Shown here in pieces: positions 28,558 through 39,395 of a stretch of 64,000 nucleotides of DNA (its first letter is position 1; every line of letters starts with the position of its first letter). Below the pieces are notes generated by a model that was not told the origin of the DNA, did not search any database, and saw only the letters and a program-made list of their open reading frames with translations. The stretch covers positions 256,001 to 320,000 of the forward strand of contig CAWCKH010000004.1 in NCBI GenBank assembly GCA_963796055.1. The letters are read 5' to 3'. Source of the stretch: an uncultured delta proteobacterium. GTDB taxonomy: Bacteria > Myxococcota > Myxococcia > Myxococcales > Myxococcaceae. The position numbers and the translations under genes are program-made.

Positions 28558-28895
28558 CACCTTCCTCCCTTCGTGTCTCCGGGGTTCGCCGACCGGGTGG
28601 CCTCTCGCAGTCTCCGCTCGATGAGCGCTCGTGGCGGCACCCTGGCGCGCTCTCCCCCGGTATAGAGCCGGCAGCTCCGGCCGCTCGGCGCCTCCTCTCC
28701 GGCGGCATCCGCTCCATTGACCAGGATGGTGGGAGAGCCCCAATCACGGAGCTCGCCCGGCGTGGCCGGTGCGTCGACGTCCAGCTCCTCCACCGCCATC
28801 TCCGGGAGCGCGCATGCGGCGAGCGCCGCACGCAGCACATGGCGCGCTTCGGCCACGTGGGGACAGCCGTCGAAGTACAGGAGCTGAACCTTCAT
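28557..28895 (-). CDS. Thioredoxin-like protein (DUF2703-like)
   Basis: 'LLYFDGCPH', 'GSPTILVNG', 'SCRLY'. Confidence 0.75.
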   Translation of the reverse strand: MKVQLLYFDGCPHVAEARHVLRAALAACALPEMAVEELDVDAPATPGELRDWGSPTILVNGADAAGEEAPSGRSCRLYTGGERARVPPRALIERRLREATRSANPGDTKGGR

Positions 28896-28909
28896 CGCAC
28901 CAGGGCGCA

Positions 28910-29389
28910 TCAGCCTGAAATCTCCCGGCCGGTCACCGTCATCATCGTCGCCAGCATGATCGCGATGGCCTTTGGCCCGTCCTCGGTCTCTGCGACCACC
29001 TCACCTGCGGCGACCGTCAGCGTCCGACCGGGCTTTGTCACCCGCCCGTACGCGACGAATCTGCGACCAGCGGCGGGCGCGAGAAAGTTTACCTTGTATT
29101 CCGCTGTCAAGACGGCGGCGTCCACAGGCATCAGGGTGTGAGCAGCGTAGCCGCATGCGCTGTCAACGATGGCGGTGATGATCGCCGCGTGCAAGTACCC
29201 GTGTTGCTGCGTGAGGTCCTCTCGAAATGGCAGCTCGATGACGACCTCGCCTGGCGATACTGAAGTCAACTCTGCACCAATGGTGTTCATGACGCGCTGG
29301 CGTGCGAAGCTGGCACGGATGCGCTGCTCGAAACCGGTGTCTGCCGGCGTGAACACCTGCGGTCCCAACGGTGTCCTGGCAACGCTCAT
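28910..29389 (-). CDS. PaaI-family thioesterase
   Basis: 'LTQQHGYLHAAIITAIVDSACG', 'EYKVNFLAPA'. Confidence 0.93.
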   Translation of the reverse strand: MSVARTPLGPQVFTPADTGFEQRIRASFARQRVMNTIGAELTSVSPGEVVIELPFREDLTQQHGYLHAAIITAIVDSACGYAAHTLMPVDAAVLTAEYKVNFLAPAAGRRFVAYGRVTKPGRTLTVAAGEVVAETEDGPKAIAIMLATMMTVTGREISG

Positions 29390-29475
29390 CGAAGTGCTCC
29401 GCCCCGAAGGAGTTCGGTACCATCGAAGTGTAAGCGATCAGGTGAAGACCTGATCGGTCTCCACGAGGAGGTCAG

Positions 29476-29706
29476 GTGGCCCGGCGAAAGGTGTTTCACC
29501 TCAGAGTTGACCGCAGGTCGGACGTGAAGAAACCCGTTCGACTGTACACGGGCGACCGGAACTGGATCGACCTCACGTCGGCGGACGCGGTCTGGCTCGG
29601 CTGCACGCTGATCCGCAAGGTGACCCGTTTCCCCTCGACCTCCAGGACTGCCGCCAGGCACGGCGGACCCATTGGGTTCGCGAAGCGGCGTCCGAGCTAC
29701 TACTAG
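29476..29706 (+). CDS. Small basic hypothetical protein
   Basis: Strong SD GAGGAGG before GTG; 76 aa; no family recognised. Confidence 0.45.
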   Translation: MARRKVFHLRVDRRSDVKKPVRLYTGDRNWIDLTSADAVWLGCTLIRKVTRFPSTSRTAARHGGPIGFAKRRPSYY

Positions 29707-29821
29707 GGCTTCGCCCCGGCCTTGTGTCCATCGCGGGCGACCCGGAGTCCCGAGCGGGAGATGCCGCGCGACGGGGTCCACTCTAGTGGCTGCTGGTACG
29801 AGAATCGCACCGCGGCCGTGC

Positions 29822-30640
29822 ATGCTTCATCTCTTTCATCCGGGTCCGCTGACGCTCCGCGGTGTCCTTCGTACGTTATCGCCGGTGTCGACGAGCAGGG
29901 CGCCTTCTCCGAGCCGCTGGTCGCGCAGGATTTCCAGGCGGCGATTGCGGACCTGGCGAAGGGACTCGGACCGGAGAATCTTCGGTGCGAACCTGGGCTC
30001 GCGGAGTTCGCCGGGCCGGGGATAGAGATCGCTGCCCTTCCGCCGGAGGCCATCATCCCCCGCGCGGGTCTACGCTTGGGCCTTCGTCAGCGCACCCGAG
30101 GCCGTTCACAGCCGAGCATCATTGCCGCCTTCCGGTAGGCGTGCGCTCGCTTCTGGGAGGCGGGCCCGTGGGGGCGCTTCACCTCGCGAAGCGCCTTCCA
30201 CGTTGAGCTGCGAGAGGGATATCGCGAGTGGAATCGGGAGGCCGCCATTCTCGGATCAGAAGACGAGCAGTGCGGGCTCGAGCTCTACGACCGTCCCGGT
30301 TCCGTGGCCCGTCTCGCCGGCGCTCTGGACGGCGGACGGATCTCCGCGGCGCGAAAGATTGACTCGACGTGCATCACCTTCGAGCTGGAGCCAACCTGGG
30401 CAGTGGAGGCGGTGCAGGCGGCCTTCGGGCTTCCCGTCTTTCCGAACGTCGTGAGGTTGCGCCGGGGCCGTCCGCGAGCGCCAGAGCGGCTGGAGCTGCT
30501 TCAGCTTGCCGCAGCGCTCGAGGTTGTTGCGATGGCCGGAAGTGACGAGCGCGCCGTGGAGATGGACGCGAACGTCGCGATCTGCGCCGGAGGATACGAG
30601 ATGGTCGCTGTCTCGAGGGCGCCGGACTCGATGGCTGAAG
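29822..30640 (+). pseudogene. Degraded paralog of 42309-43286
   Basis: MLHLFHPGPL versus MFHLFHLGPL; 'KIDSTCITFE..WAVEAVQAAFGLPVFP...ELLQLAAAL' versus 'KVDSLLLTFE..WAAEAVRTAYGLGEFP...ELLQLSAAL'; several frameshifts. Confidence 0.75.
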
Positions 30641-30649
30641 GCGTCGCGT

Positions 30650-30746
30650 GTGGCGCAGGTCAAGGGCGCTCCCGAGGCGATCCCGCAGGGGCGCACTCTT
30701 GCGGAGGCCCGACGACGCATCCGTGCGGCGCTCGGCCTGGCACTCC
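30650..30746 (+). pseudogene. HicB-family antitoxin remnant
   Basis: VAQVKGAPEAIPQGRTLAEARRRIRAALGLAL. Confidence 0.55.
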
Positions 30747-30903
30747 GACCTCCGCCAGCGGGTTCATCAGGCCAGGAAGACACCCTGGACCGTGGGGTGA
30801 CCCTGGCGACCGCGGATCACGCCAGGTCGAAGCGGAGGTCCTCGGCCGATTGCCCCAGGCGGTTCCGGTGGACGCGGTCGCGCAATAAGGTGACCGCCCT
30901 GCC

Positions 30904-32700
30904 ATGCGGACACTCCCCATCGCGCGATTCCCGGCCCGCACCCTCCCGGCCCTGCTCGCCCTGACCGCGCGCCGCGTTCCGGACCGGGTCTTCCTTCGCT
31001 TCCTGCCGCAGGGCGCCGCCGGACCGCCGCGAGACGTTCACTTCTCTCAATTCCGGGCGCTGGTCTGTCGCGCCGCCGTGTTCCTCGAACGCGCGGGCGT
31101 CAAACGCGGCGACCGCGTGATGCTCCTCGCCGAGAACTCCCCCGAGTGGCAGGCGATCGCCCTCGGCACGCAGCTTCTCGGGGCCGAACCGTCCGCGCTG
31201 TTCGCCAGCCTCGGCGCCCCGGCCGTCCAGGACATCGCCCTCCGCGTCCGTCCGCGCGTGGGGTTCGTCTCCACCCGGGAGCAGTGGGCCAAGCTGGCCC
31301 CGGTCGCCGAGGCGCTCGCGGGGCAAGGGCTGACCTCGGTGCTGGCCGTCGACGGGGCCATCGTCGACCTCCTGCCCGCGGGCGTTCGCGGCGCCAGCCT
31401 GGACGCGGCGCTCGGCGAGGATGTGCCGGCGCTCGCCATCGACGAGTTCGAGGCCCGCGCGGCGTCGATCCGGGAGGAGGACCCGTTCCTCCTCCTGTTC
31501 ACCAGCGGCACCACCGGCCGTCAGAAGGGTGTGCGGCTGCCGCAGCGAAGCATCGTCCATGCCGTCGAGGCCGGGGCCCTCTCCACCGCGCGCACCGAGC
31601 GCGACCTCGGGCTCCACCTGCTTCCCTTCGGGCATGTCGCGGGCCATGACCAGTTCGCCCTCGCGCTCGCCCAGGGCCATACGCTCCTCCTGCTCGGGCA
31701 CCCGTCCGATGCGCCGCGTGCCCTGGCGCTCGGACCGACCTACGTCTTCTCGGTGCCGCTGGTGTACGAGCGGATCCGCGCGCGGGTGCTCGACGGGCTC
31801 GGTCACCTTCCCGGGCCTCTTCGTCGCCTCGTCCACGACGCGCTCGAGTCGGCGGCGCGGGTCCGGGTCGACGGTGCGTCAGGCGCGCTCGACCACCTCC
31901 GGATGCGGGTGGCTGACCTGCTCGTCGGCCGGAGGATCCGCAAGGCGCTCGGCGGGCACATCGAGGGACTCTTCGCCGGCGGAGCTCCGACCTCGGTCGC
32001 GCTGTTCCGCTTCTTCGAGGGCCTCGGCGTCCCGCTGGTGGAGCTGTATGGCATGAGCGAGACGGCGGGGATGATCTCCTCGAACCTCTTCGCCGAGCGC
32101 CGGAGGCCGTCCATCGCCGGACTGGTCAGTCCGGACCACGAGCTCCGCTTCGCCGAGGACCACGAGCTGCTCCTGCGCGGGCCGCTCATGCTCTCGGGTT
32201 ACCTCGAGCCCGAGGACGACGCCGGCTCGTGGACCGCCGACGGGTTCTTCAAGACCGGAGACCTGGGCGAGCTCGACGCCGACGGCTGGCTCCACATCAC
32301 CGGGCGGAAGAAGCATCTCCTCGTGCTCAGCACCGGAAAGAAGGTCGCCCCCGAGCCGCTGGAGACGGCGCTGGGCTCGACGCCTCCCTTCGAGGGCGCG
32401 CTCCTGCTCGGAGACGGGCTGCCCTTCGTCACCGCCGCGGTGTTCGTCCCACGGGGCGAGCTCACCCGGTTGAAGGACGAGGGGAAGGATCCGGCGGAGG
32501 CGCTCCTCCCGATCGCGCTCGAGCCGCTGGGCGCCTTCTCCGACTACGAGAAGCCGAAGCGGCTGCTGGTGGTCCCGGGCAGCCCCACGGACTATCCCGA
32601 GCTGGTCACCCCGACCCTGAAGCTCCGGCGGAAGACGGTGCTCGAGTTCCTCGGCCCGGAGATTCCCGCGCTCTACGCCGGTCCACGCGTGCCGGGATGA
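30904..32700 (+). CDS. Long-chain fatty acyl-CoA synthetase (AMP-binding)
   Basis: 'FTSGTTGRQKG', 'YGMSET', 'FKTGDLG', 'TGRKK', 'TPTLKLRR'. Confidence 0.93.
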   Translation: MRTLPIARFPARTLPALLALTARRVPDRVFLRFLPQGAAGPPRDVHFSQFRALVCRAAVFLERAGVKRGDRVMLLAENSPEWQAIALGTQLLGAEPSALFASLGAPAVQDIALRVRPRVGFVSTREQWAKLAPVAEALAGQGLTSVLAVDGAIVDLLPAGVRGASLDAALGEDVPALAIDEFEARAASIREEDPFLLLFTSGTTGRQKGVRLPQRSIVHAVEAGALSTARTERDLGLHLLPFGHVAGHDQFALALAQGHTLLLLGHPSDAPRALALGPTYVFSVPLVYERIRARVLDGLGHLPGPLRRLVHDALESAARVRVDGASGALDHLRMRVADLLVGRRIRKALGGHIEGLFAGGAPTSVALFRFFEGLGVPLVELYGMSETAGMISSNLFAERRRPSIAGLVSPDHELRFAEDHELLLRGPLMLSGYLEPEDDAGSWTADGFFKTGDLGELDADGWLHITGRKKHLLVLSTGKKVAPEPLETALGSTPPFEGALLLGDGLPFVTAAVFVPRGELTRLKDEGKDPAEALLPIALEPLGAFSDYEKPKRLLVVPGSPTDYPELVTPTLKLRRKTVLEFLGPEIPALYAGPRVPG

Positions 32701-32767
32701 GCACTGCGATCGATCCCGAATTGCACCGGTCCGAGCGAGCGCGGGGAATCGGTGCTATGAGTCGTCG

Positions 32768-33327
32768 ATGGCCCCGCCCGCGTTCCTGGCAGAGCTGGTG
32801 AACGCGATCCCGGGATGGCGCGTGCTGGCGCGTCGCTCGTGGTGCGGGACGCAGCGCAGGCGTCTGGGTGGGCGCGAGCGCAAGGTGGTGTGGGTGCAGG
32901 ACGGCAAGAAGATGCCCTGGGCTCTCTGGGGCGCCGACCACGGCTTCTTCGAGCTCGATTTCGCCGGTCGGCTTCCCTACCTGCGTGCCGTCGCGGCGGT
33001 GGGGTAACGCCCGCCTCGACCGAATCTCAGTCGATCACGCACGGGCGTTCGCGGTCGTCTCCACCCGCTTCACCCGTGCACACCGAAAGGCCGTCCGGAT
33101 GCGTAATCGATTCAACGTGAAGCTCCCCTGGAGCGAGGACCCCGAGCGCAACGAAATCCCGTCCACCCACGTCAAAAGCTCGGCGTCACCGCCATTCCAC
33201 CCTGGTCTTCCTCCAGGGCGGCAAGGAGAAGGCGGCGCGGCTGAGCGGCGACGACATCCAGCGCACCGCGCTCAAGGCGCGCGTGGAAGAGTTGCTGGGG
33301 CTGCCAGTCCCGAAGCCGGCGACCTGA
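32768..33327 (+). pseudogene. Fragmented unknown gene
   Basis: Protein-like stretches alternate between frames and end ...ARVEELLGLPVPKPAT*. Confidence 0.3.
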
Positions 33328-33349
33328 CCCCTGGCGAAGGAGCATCGGC

Positions 33350-33709
33350 CTATGCGTCGCGGCTCGCCGGTGGCGAATCGACCCCCATGCGCGCCCTCGC
33401 CTCGAGGCACGGGGCGCTCCCTGGCTCCAGCGCGCGGCACAGCAGGGGCCGATCTTCGTAAACGGCACAGAGGAATCGGTTCGGTACGTCGGTACGCAGC
33501 GCGATGCAGCGTCCGTGGGTCATCTTCATGAAGCGCTTCGGCTCCGACTCGCGGCCGACGCTCGCCGGCATCTCTCCGACCGGCGGGGCGACCAGCTCGG
33601 CCGTTCGCGCCGCGCCGAGCCTCGCGGCGTCATCGGCGAAGACCTGCACGTAATCGCGCTTTCCGAAGCAGCAGGCACCACAGGTGGTGCAGTCGTACTT
33701 ATCGCCCAA
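33350..33709 (-). CDS. YkgJ-family cysteine-cluster protein
   Basis: 'DCTTCGACC', 'RCIAL', 'CAVYEDRPLLCR'. Confidence 0.88.
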   Translation of the reverse strand: MGDKYDCTTCGACCFGKRDYVQVFADDAARLGAARTAELVAPPVGEMPASVGRESEPKRFMKMTHGRCIALRTDVPNRFLCAVYEDRPLLCRALEPGSAPCLEARARMGVDSPPASRDA

Positions 33710-33774
33710 GCCCGAGTACTAACCGAGATGAGGCATGCGGTCTCGCTGAAACGGTCGAGCCCCCAGTTCGAACA

Positions 33775-34734
33775 TCACGGGACCAGCTCTGCCAGCAGGG
33801 CGCGCCACGCCGCCCGCTCCTGGGCTGGCTCGACCAGGGGTCGGGCGGGCTGCAGCGCCGTTACGAGCGCTGTGAGATAGCCCGCCTCGTCCTCGGCGCG
33901 ACACAGGAGCCCGGCGAGGGCCTCCGCGTCACCCACCGGAAAGTAACCGGGGTAGTCCCGACCGAGGATGCCCACGGAGCCGTCGATGCGGGTCGAGAGG
34001 ACCGGCACGTTCGAGGCGAGCGCCTCCGAGACCACATTCGCGCCACCTTCGAGCCGGGACGTCACCAGCAGCAGCCGGCTTCCGGCGAGGATGGAGAGCG
34101 CTTCGGCGCGCGGGCGATCGCCCAGCCACCGGTACCGCGAGTTGTCCGCCATCTCGCTCCGCGCACGGGCGGCCGCATCGGCGTCGACCGCGGCTCCCAG
34201 GTGAACGAGCCGGAGGCGAGAGCGCGCCGGGAGCTTCCGCACCGCCTGCGCGGCGAGGAACGGGTCCTTCACCTCCCGGAGGTGGGCGAGCAGGCAGACC
34301 TGGAACACCTCCGGAGGCACGGGCGCGGGAAGAGAACGTTGGGCGGACTGGAAGATCACCCGTGCCTTGTGTCGAACCCCGGCCGGCAGCGCCTCGACGC
34401 CCAGCGGCTGGAGCACGGTGAGGCGGTCGGCCAGCTCGAGCGAGCGTTGCGCCTCGGCGGACCTCGGCAGATCCTCGTAGAGGTCGGTGCCGGTGAGCGC
34501 CACCACCAGCGCCGCCTGCGGCCGGCTCGCCCGGAACCGCTCGATCGAGGCTGCGCTCTTCCGTGCGTGGAGAGCGACCAGCAGGTCACAGGGCTGACCG
34601 TCCCAGGACTCCGCCAGCCGAACCCGGTGGTGGAGCGCGCGCAGGTGGCCCGCCCAGCGGAGCGCGGTGACTCGATTCCCGTTGCGCGATCCGGGCGCTG
34701 CCGGCGTGACGAGGACGATGTTCAGAGGGCGCAC
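33775..34734 (-). CDS. senB: Selenosugar synthase (GT-B glycosyltransferase)
   Basis: '[22 protein letters not shown]', 'LVALHARKS', 'LTGTDLY', 'HLREVKDP', 'EGGANV'; overlaps the senA stop. Confidence 0.88.
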   Translation of the reverse strand: MRPLNIVLVTPAAPGSRNGNRVTALRWAGHLRALHHRVRLAESWDGQPCDLLVALHARKSAASIERFRASRPQAALVVALTGTDLYEDLPRSAEAQRSLELADRLTVLQPLGVEALPAGVRHKARVIFQSAQRSLPAPVPPEVFQVCLLAHLREVKDPFLAAQAVRKLPARSRLRLVHLGAAVDADAAARARSEMADNSRYRWLGDRPRAEALSILAGSRLLLVTSRLEGGANVVSEALASNVPVLSTRIDGSVGILGRDYPGYFPVGDAEALAGLLCRAEDEAGYLTALVTALQPARPLVEPAQERAAWRALLAELVP

Positions 34735-36038
34735 GTGCGGAAGCCAGCCCACAGGTCGCGGCGGTCCGGCGTGTAGAAGTTGCGGAATCCGGCATGCACC
34801 AGCCGCGCGGTGGTGGCAAAGCTCCCGCCCCGCAGGACCTTGTGGTTGCCGAACCACGGAGCCGAGTACTCGCGGTAGGGGTCCGGCGAGAAACCGGGGT
34901 ACGGGTTGAAGGCGCTCGCGGTCCACTCCCAGACGTTCCCCAGCATCTGGCGGCAACCGAACGCGCTGTCGCCCTCGGGGAGGGCAGCCACGTCGATGCA
35001 CGCGAGCTGCTCGAAGCCGAGGTGCGCACGTTCCGGCGTGGGGGGCGCATCGCCCCACGGGTAGCGACGCTTGGCGGGGGCGAGCCGCCCGTCGGGACCC
35101 GGCTGGCCGGCGGCTGCCGCTTCCCATTCGGCCTCGCTGGGCAGCCTGCGGACCGCCCATCTGCACCAGGCGTTTGCCTCGTGCCAGTTGACGTGCACCA
35201 TCGGCCGGTGGGGCTCGAGTGGCAGCCACCGATCGAAGTCGCGCCGGAGCCAGTCACGACCCTGCCGACGCCAGTGGAGAGGCTGGTCGGCACGCGCCTC
35301 CGTGCGCCAGCGCCAGCCGTCGGGGCTCCACAGATCGGCCCGGGCGTAGCCCCGGTCCTCGACGAACTCGAGGAACGCACTCTGGGTCACGGGCGCGCGG
35401 GCGATGGCGAACGGAGCGAGCGTGACGGGGTGCTCCCACTTCTCGTTGTCGAAGACGAAGGGTTCCTCCTTGCTCGCGCCGAGAGGAAAGTCGCCGCCCG
35501 GGACCGCGACGTCACCGTCGAGCGGCCCCGCCGGGGCCGGCTCACGCTCACGGCGCGCCAGCGGCGGCCGCCTCCAGCCGAGTGTCTGGCGCGAGAAGGC
35601 CATCGCCTCGGCGTGCATGTCCTCGTGGAAGACGCTCAGGCAGGCGAAGTACGGGTCACCGACCGCTGGTTGCGACAGGGTTTCAAGTACGGCGTCGCGC
35701 ACCACGTTCAGGTACTCGACCGTGGCCCCCAGGGTGGGAAGGGGCAGCTGCCAGCGCGTGTCGTGGGGAATCGCCGCCGAGTCGTAGAGGCCGTCTCCGT
35801 CCGGACGCAGCGGAGCACGGCCGGCCGCGTGGCGAAGCACCCAGCTCTCCTGGAACCAGCCGACGTGCCCGAGCTCCCACAGCGGCGGGTTGACGATGGT
35901 GAGCTTCGGCCCGAGGAGCTCCTCCGGCGCGAGCGAGCTCGCGAGCTCGAGCGTGCGCTGCCTCGCGTCCTCGACCCAGCTCTTCACTGCCGGTGGAGGA
36001 ATCCCCAAGTCTCCGCGCCTCCAGGAGGCTTGTACCAC
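34722..36038 (-). CDS. senA: Selenoneine synthase (EgtB-like DinB + FGE-sulfatase); start may be GTG 35987
   Basis: '[15 protein letters not shown]', 'HEDMHAE', '[10 protein letters not shown]', 'GNVWEW', 'AGFRTC'; adjacent to senB. Confidence 0.85.
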   Translation of the reverse strand: MVQASWRRGDLGIPPPAVKSWVEDARQRTLELASSLAPEELLGPKLTIVNPPLWELGHVGWFQESWVLRHAAGRAPLRPDGDGLYDSAAIPHDTRWQLPLPTLGATVEYLNVVRDAVLETLSQPAVGDPYFACLSVFHEDMHAEAMAFSRQTLGWRRPPLARREREPAPAGPLDGDVAVPGGDFPLGASKEEPFVFDNEKWEHPVTLAPFAIARAPVTQSAFLEFVEDRGYARADLWSPDGWRWRTEARADQPLHWRRQGRDWLRRDFDRWLPLEPHRPMVHVNWHEANAWCRWAVRRLPSEAEWEAAAAGQPGPDGRLAPAKRRYPWGDAPPTPERAHLGFEQLACIDVAALPEGDSAFGCRQMLGNVWEWTASAFNPYPGFSPDPYREYSAPWFGNHKVLRGGSFATTARLVHAGFRNFYTPDRRDLWAGFRTCAL

Positions 36039-36136
36039 GGGCGGACTGCAGTTCAGTCGTCGTCGGCGCCGGGGTTGTCAATCCGGGCGGCATTCGGCTA
36101 CTCGTCGCCATCGTCTGATCGCTGCGTGGAGGCGCC

Positions 36137-37531
36137 ATGACGTCTACCGAATCGGAAACGCGGACCTTTCTCGCCAACTTCACCGGTCGGGCGATGACGC
36201 CGGGTCAGCCCGACTACGATCAGTCGCGCGCGCTCTGGAACGGCGTGTTCGATCGCAAGCCGGCAGTCATCGCAGCGTGCACCACGGCCGCGGAGGTCGC
36301 CGATGCCATCGCCTTCGCACGTCGCAGCGGCCTCGAGATCGCCGTACGCGGCGGTGGGCACAATTACGCCGGGCACGCCGTCTGCGACGGCGGCATGATG
36401 ATTCACCTGGGCGGCATGAATCGCGTCGAGGTCGACCCCGGCCAGCGGCGCGCCGTGTGCGGCGGCGGCGCGACCTGGGCCGACGTCGACGCAGCGACGC
36501 AGGAGCACGGGCTGGCGACACCCGGTGGCTTCATCAGCCACACCGGCATCGCCGGGCTCACGCTGGGAGGTGGCATCGGCTGGCTCACCAAGCTGGCCGG
36601 GCTCTCGTGCGACAACCTGATCTCGGCCGAGGTGGTCACCGCCGACTCGGACATCGTGCGCGCGTCCAGGGAGGAGAACTCCGATCTCTTCTGGGCGCTG
36701 CGAGGCGGGGGCGGGAACTACGGCGTCGTCACCTCCTTCGAATTCGCCCTTCACCCGGTGGGTCCGCTGGTGAACCTGGGCCTCTTCTTCTTCGGCCTCG
36801 AGCGCGGCGCCGACGCCCTGCGCTTCGCGCGCGACTACGTCGGCACGCTTCCGTCGTACGCGAGCTCCTTTCTGGGAGTGGCCCTGAGCGCGCCGCCCGC
36901 ACCGTTCGTCCCACCCGAGCACCAGGGTCGGCCTGGCCACGCGCTCCTCGTGGCAAGCTTCCGCTCTCCCGAGGAACACGCGCGCATCGTTGCGCCGATC
37001 CGGGAGGCGGCGCCGCCGCTCTTCGAGCTGGTGACGCCGATCCCGTTCGTCGCCCTGCAGCAGATGTTCAACGAGAGCGCCATCTGGGGGACGCTCGCCT
37101 ACGAGAAGGCGCTCTACCTCGACGAGCTCTCCGACGGTGCCATCGAGGTCATCGGCGAGCACGCACCGAAGAAGAGCTCGCCGCTCTCGTTTTGCCCGAC
37201 GTTCTCGCTCGACGGTGCCTACTTGAACGTGCCCGACGGCGATTCCGCCTTTGGGGGCACCAGGGCCAGAGGCTTCGTCTTCAACATCGCGGCCCACGGG
37301 CCCACCCGCGAGGTCTACCAGGCCGACCGTGAGTGGGTGCGGAACTTCTGGAGCGCCATGCAACCCCACGCACGGGGGTCGGGATCCTACGTGAACTTCA
37401 TGGCCGAGAGCGACGACGAGCGGGTGAAGGCAGCGTACGGCGCGGAGAAGTACGCGCGGCTGGCGCGCATCAAGGCGACCTGGGACCCGGAGAACATCTT
37501 CCACCGGAACGTGAACATCAAGCCGGCGTAG
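36137..37531 (+). CDS. FAD-binding oxidoreductase (BBE-like)
   Basis: 'VRGGGHN', 'GLTLGGGIG', 'GGGGNYGVV', 'WDPENIFHRNVNI'. Confidence 0.95.
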   Translation: MTSTESETRTFLANFTGRAMTPGQPDYDQSRALWNGVFDRKPAVIAACTTAAEVADAIAFARRSGLEIAVRGGGHNYAGHAVCDGGMMIHLGGMNRVEVDPGQRRAVCGGGATWADVDAATQEHGLATPGGFISHTGIAGLTLGGGIGWLTKLAGLSCDNLISAEVVTADSDIVRASREENSDLFWALRGGGGNYGVVTSFEFALHPVGPLVNLGLFFFGLERGADALRFARDYVGTLPSYASSFLGVALSAPPAPFVPPEHQGRPGHALLVASFRSPEEHARIVAPIREAAPPLFELVTPIPFVALQQMFNESAIWGTLAYEKALYLDELSDGAIEVIGEHAPKKSSPLSFCPTFSLDGAYLNVPDGDSAFGGTRARGFVFNIAAHGPTREVYQADREWVRNFWSAMQPHARGSGSYVNFMAESDDERVKAAYGAEKYARLARIKATWDPENIFHRNVNIKPA

Positions 37532-37559
37532 CGACAGAGCTCGTCGAGGGAGGCAACCG

Positions 37560-37790
37560 ATGAGGAAGGTCGTCTACTCGATGATCGTGTCGCTCGATGG
37601 TTACGTGGCGACGGCCGACGGCAAGATCGGCCCGCTCGAGCCGGACGAGGAATCGCGGTTTGCCGTGACGATTGCAGCTGGCGCTCTCTCGATCGAGGCC
37701 CCACTCGACACGCCCTACGGCGATCGCCGCGCGATGGTCCGCGACCCGTTCCACAACATCTGGCAGATCGCGCACGTCACGCGCCGCTGA
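37560..37790 (+). pseudogene. Chimeric remnant: DHFR/RibD N-terminus fused to VOC/glyoxalase C-terminus
   Basis: MRKVVYSMIVSLDGYVA... joined to AGALSIEAPLDTPYGDRRAMVRDPFHNIWQIAH. Confidence 0.7.
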
Positions 37791-37808
37791 TCGAAGATCC
37801 GACGTGCG

Positions 37809-38597
37809 TCATCCGAGCCCGACTGCCCGCGCGACCAGGAACACTCCTGCCCCGACGGCGACGACCCCGATCGCTCGGGCGACCCGCTCACCGGCCGGTG
37901 CGAAACGTTCGACGGTGATCGCTGCCGCCGCGACGGCCATCGCGCGCAGGTCCATGACCCCGAGGACCAGGAGGATCGCCGTCAGACCGAGACAGCACAG
38001 GCTGCAGTGGAGGCCGAGACGCAGGCCGTGGCGCCAGGCCGTTCCGGCGTCGGCCGGCAGCGTACGGCCAGGCCCGGGCGCCTCCCGGCAGCAGGCCAGG
38101 TGACGCGCCTTCCACGCCGTGAACTGGAGGGCACCGGCGAGCAGGACGACCACGCCGGTCGCGATCGGCACCCCGTGCGCCAGCGCCGGCTGGTCCATCT
38201 CGATCGCCGCCAGCACGACGCCCAGTGGGAAGGCGGCCATTCCGAACACCGTCCAGACGAAGAAGTAACTCACGCCCACGAGTGCCGTCAGCCAGCCGAG
38301 GCGCGTCTTTCCGGTCCCGCCAACCGCCTCGCGGTAGCGCCACAGCATCGGGACCAGGGACGGCAGCATCATCGCCACCATCATCACCACCCACATGCCG
38401 AGGAACGACGCCGCCGCGCCAGGCCAGGTCTGCCCGGACATCCGCATCCACGCCATCGACATCGTCCAGCCGCCGGGCATCGGCATCCCGCCCATCGCCG
38501 ACATCGACGCGCACCAGGCGATCGTCACCACCGCGCTGGCGGCGAAGAGCAGCGCCGAGACGCCAAGAAACGCCTGCTGGGAAGCCCGAGCGCTCAC
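37809..38597 (-). CDS. DUF2182 integral membrane protein
   Basis: 'MWVVMMVAMMLPS', 'QFTAWK..LACCR', 'GLRLGLHC..CC'; GTGA overlap with DUF899. Confidence 0.9.
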   Translation of the reverse strand: MSARASQQAFLGVSALLFAASAVVTIAWCASMSAMGGMPMPGGWTMSMAWMRMSGQTWPGAAASFLGMWVVMMVAMMLPSLVPMLWRYREAVGGTGKTRLGWLTALVGVSYFFVWTVFGMAAFPLGVVLAAIEMDQPALAHGVPIATGVVVLLAGALQFTAWKARHLACCREAPGPGRTLPADAGTAWRHGLRLGLHCSLCCLGLTAILLVLGVMDLRAMAVAAAAITVERFAPAGERVARAIGVVAVGAGVFLVARAVGLG

Positions 38598-39355
38598 CGC
38601 TTTTCGTACTCGTCGTGGCGGCGCCACCAGATGCCCTGCTCGTTGCGGCCCCTGGGTGCGCGATCGAGCCACTGGTACATGCCCCAGAGGCCATCCAGTC
38701 CACGCGCGTAGGCGGAATACGTGTGGTAGACGACGCCGTCCTCGAGGGCAAAGGCACTCATGCCGGGCCGTTCGCGGACGTACGTCGCCACATCGGTTCC
38801 GGTCATGGCCGCGATCTCGGCAACGGGCCCCTCGCTGTCGCCCAGCTCCCACTTCCCCTCGCGCCGGTAGTTGTACTCGACGCCCCCCTCGCGCTGTTGC
38901 TCCTCCGTGACCCGGACAGCGAAGTCGGCGTTGAAGTCGCTGCCGAACGAGGACGCCCAGGGGAACGTCCACCTCATCCGCCGCTTGTACGCCTGCAACT
39001 TTGCCAGCGGGGCCCGCGACACCGCCGACAGGGTGACGTCGTGGTTGGCCAGGTGCACCGCGGACCCGTCGAACCCATCGGCAATCGCCGAGCAGGACGG
39101 GCACCCCGCCGTGTAGTCGGGCCCGAACATGAAATGGTAGATGAGGAGCTGCGAGCGCCCTCGGAAGAGGTCCTTCAGCGAGGCGCTCCCCTCGTCGGTC
39201 TCGAATCGATACTCCTTGTCGATCCGCACCCACGGTAGCTCCTGCCGCCGCCGCGCCAGCTCGTCGCTGCGCCGGGTGTGCTCCTTCTCGGCCTCGAGCA
39301 GCGCGAGCCGCGCTGCGAGCCACTCCTTCCGTGTTCCGGTCTTGTGCTTGCTCAT
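38594..39355 (-). CDS. DUF899 thioredoxin-like protein
   Basis: 'EWLAARLALLEAEKE', 'YHFMFGP..GCPSCS', 'YHTYSAYARG'. Confidence 0.93.
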   Translation of the reverse strand: MSKHKTGTRKEWLAARLALLEAEKEHTRRSDELARRRQELPWVRIDKEYRFETDEGSASLKDLFRGRSQLLIYHFMFGPDYTAGCPSCSAIADGFDGSAVHLANHDVTLSAVSRAPLAKLQAYKRRMRWTFPWASSFGSDFNADFAVRVTEEQQREGGVEYNYRREGKWELGDSEGPVAEIAAMTGTDVATYVRERPGMSAFALEDGVVYHTYSAYARGLDGLWGMYQWLDRAPRGRNEQGIWWRRHDEYEKR

Positions 39356-39395
39356 CGGTCTTCTCCTTCCTTCCTTGCCAACGTGATTAGCCAGA

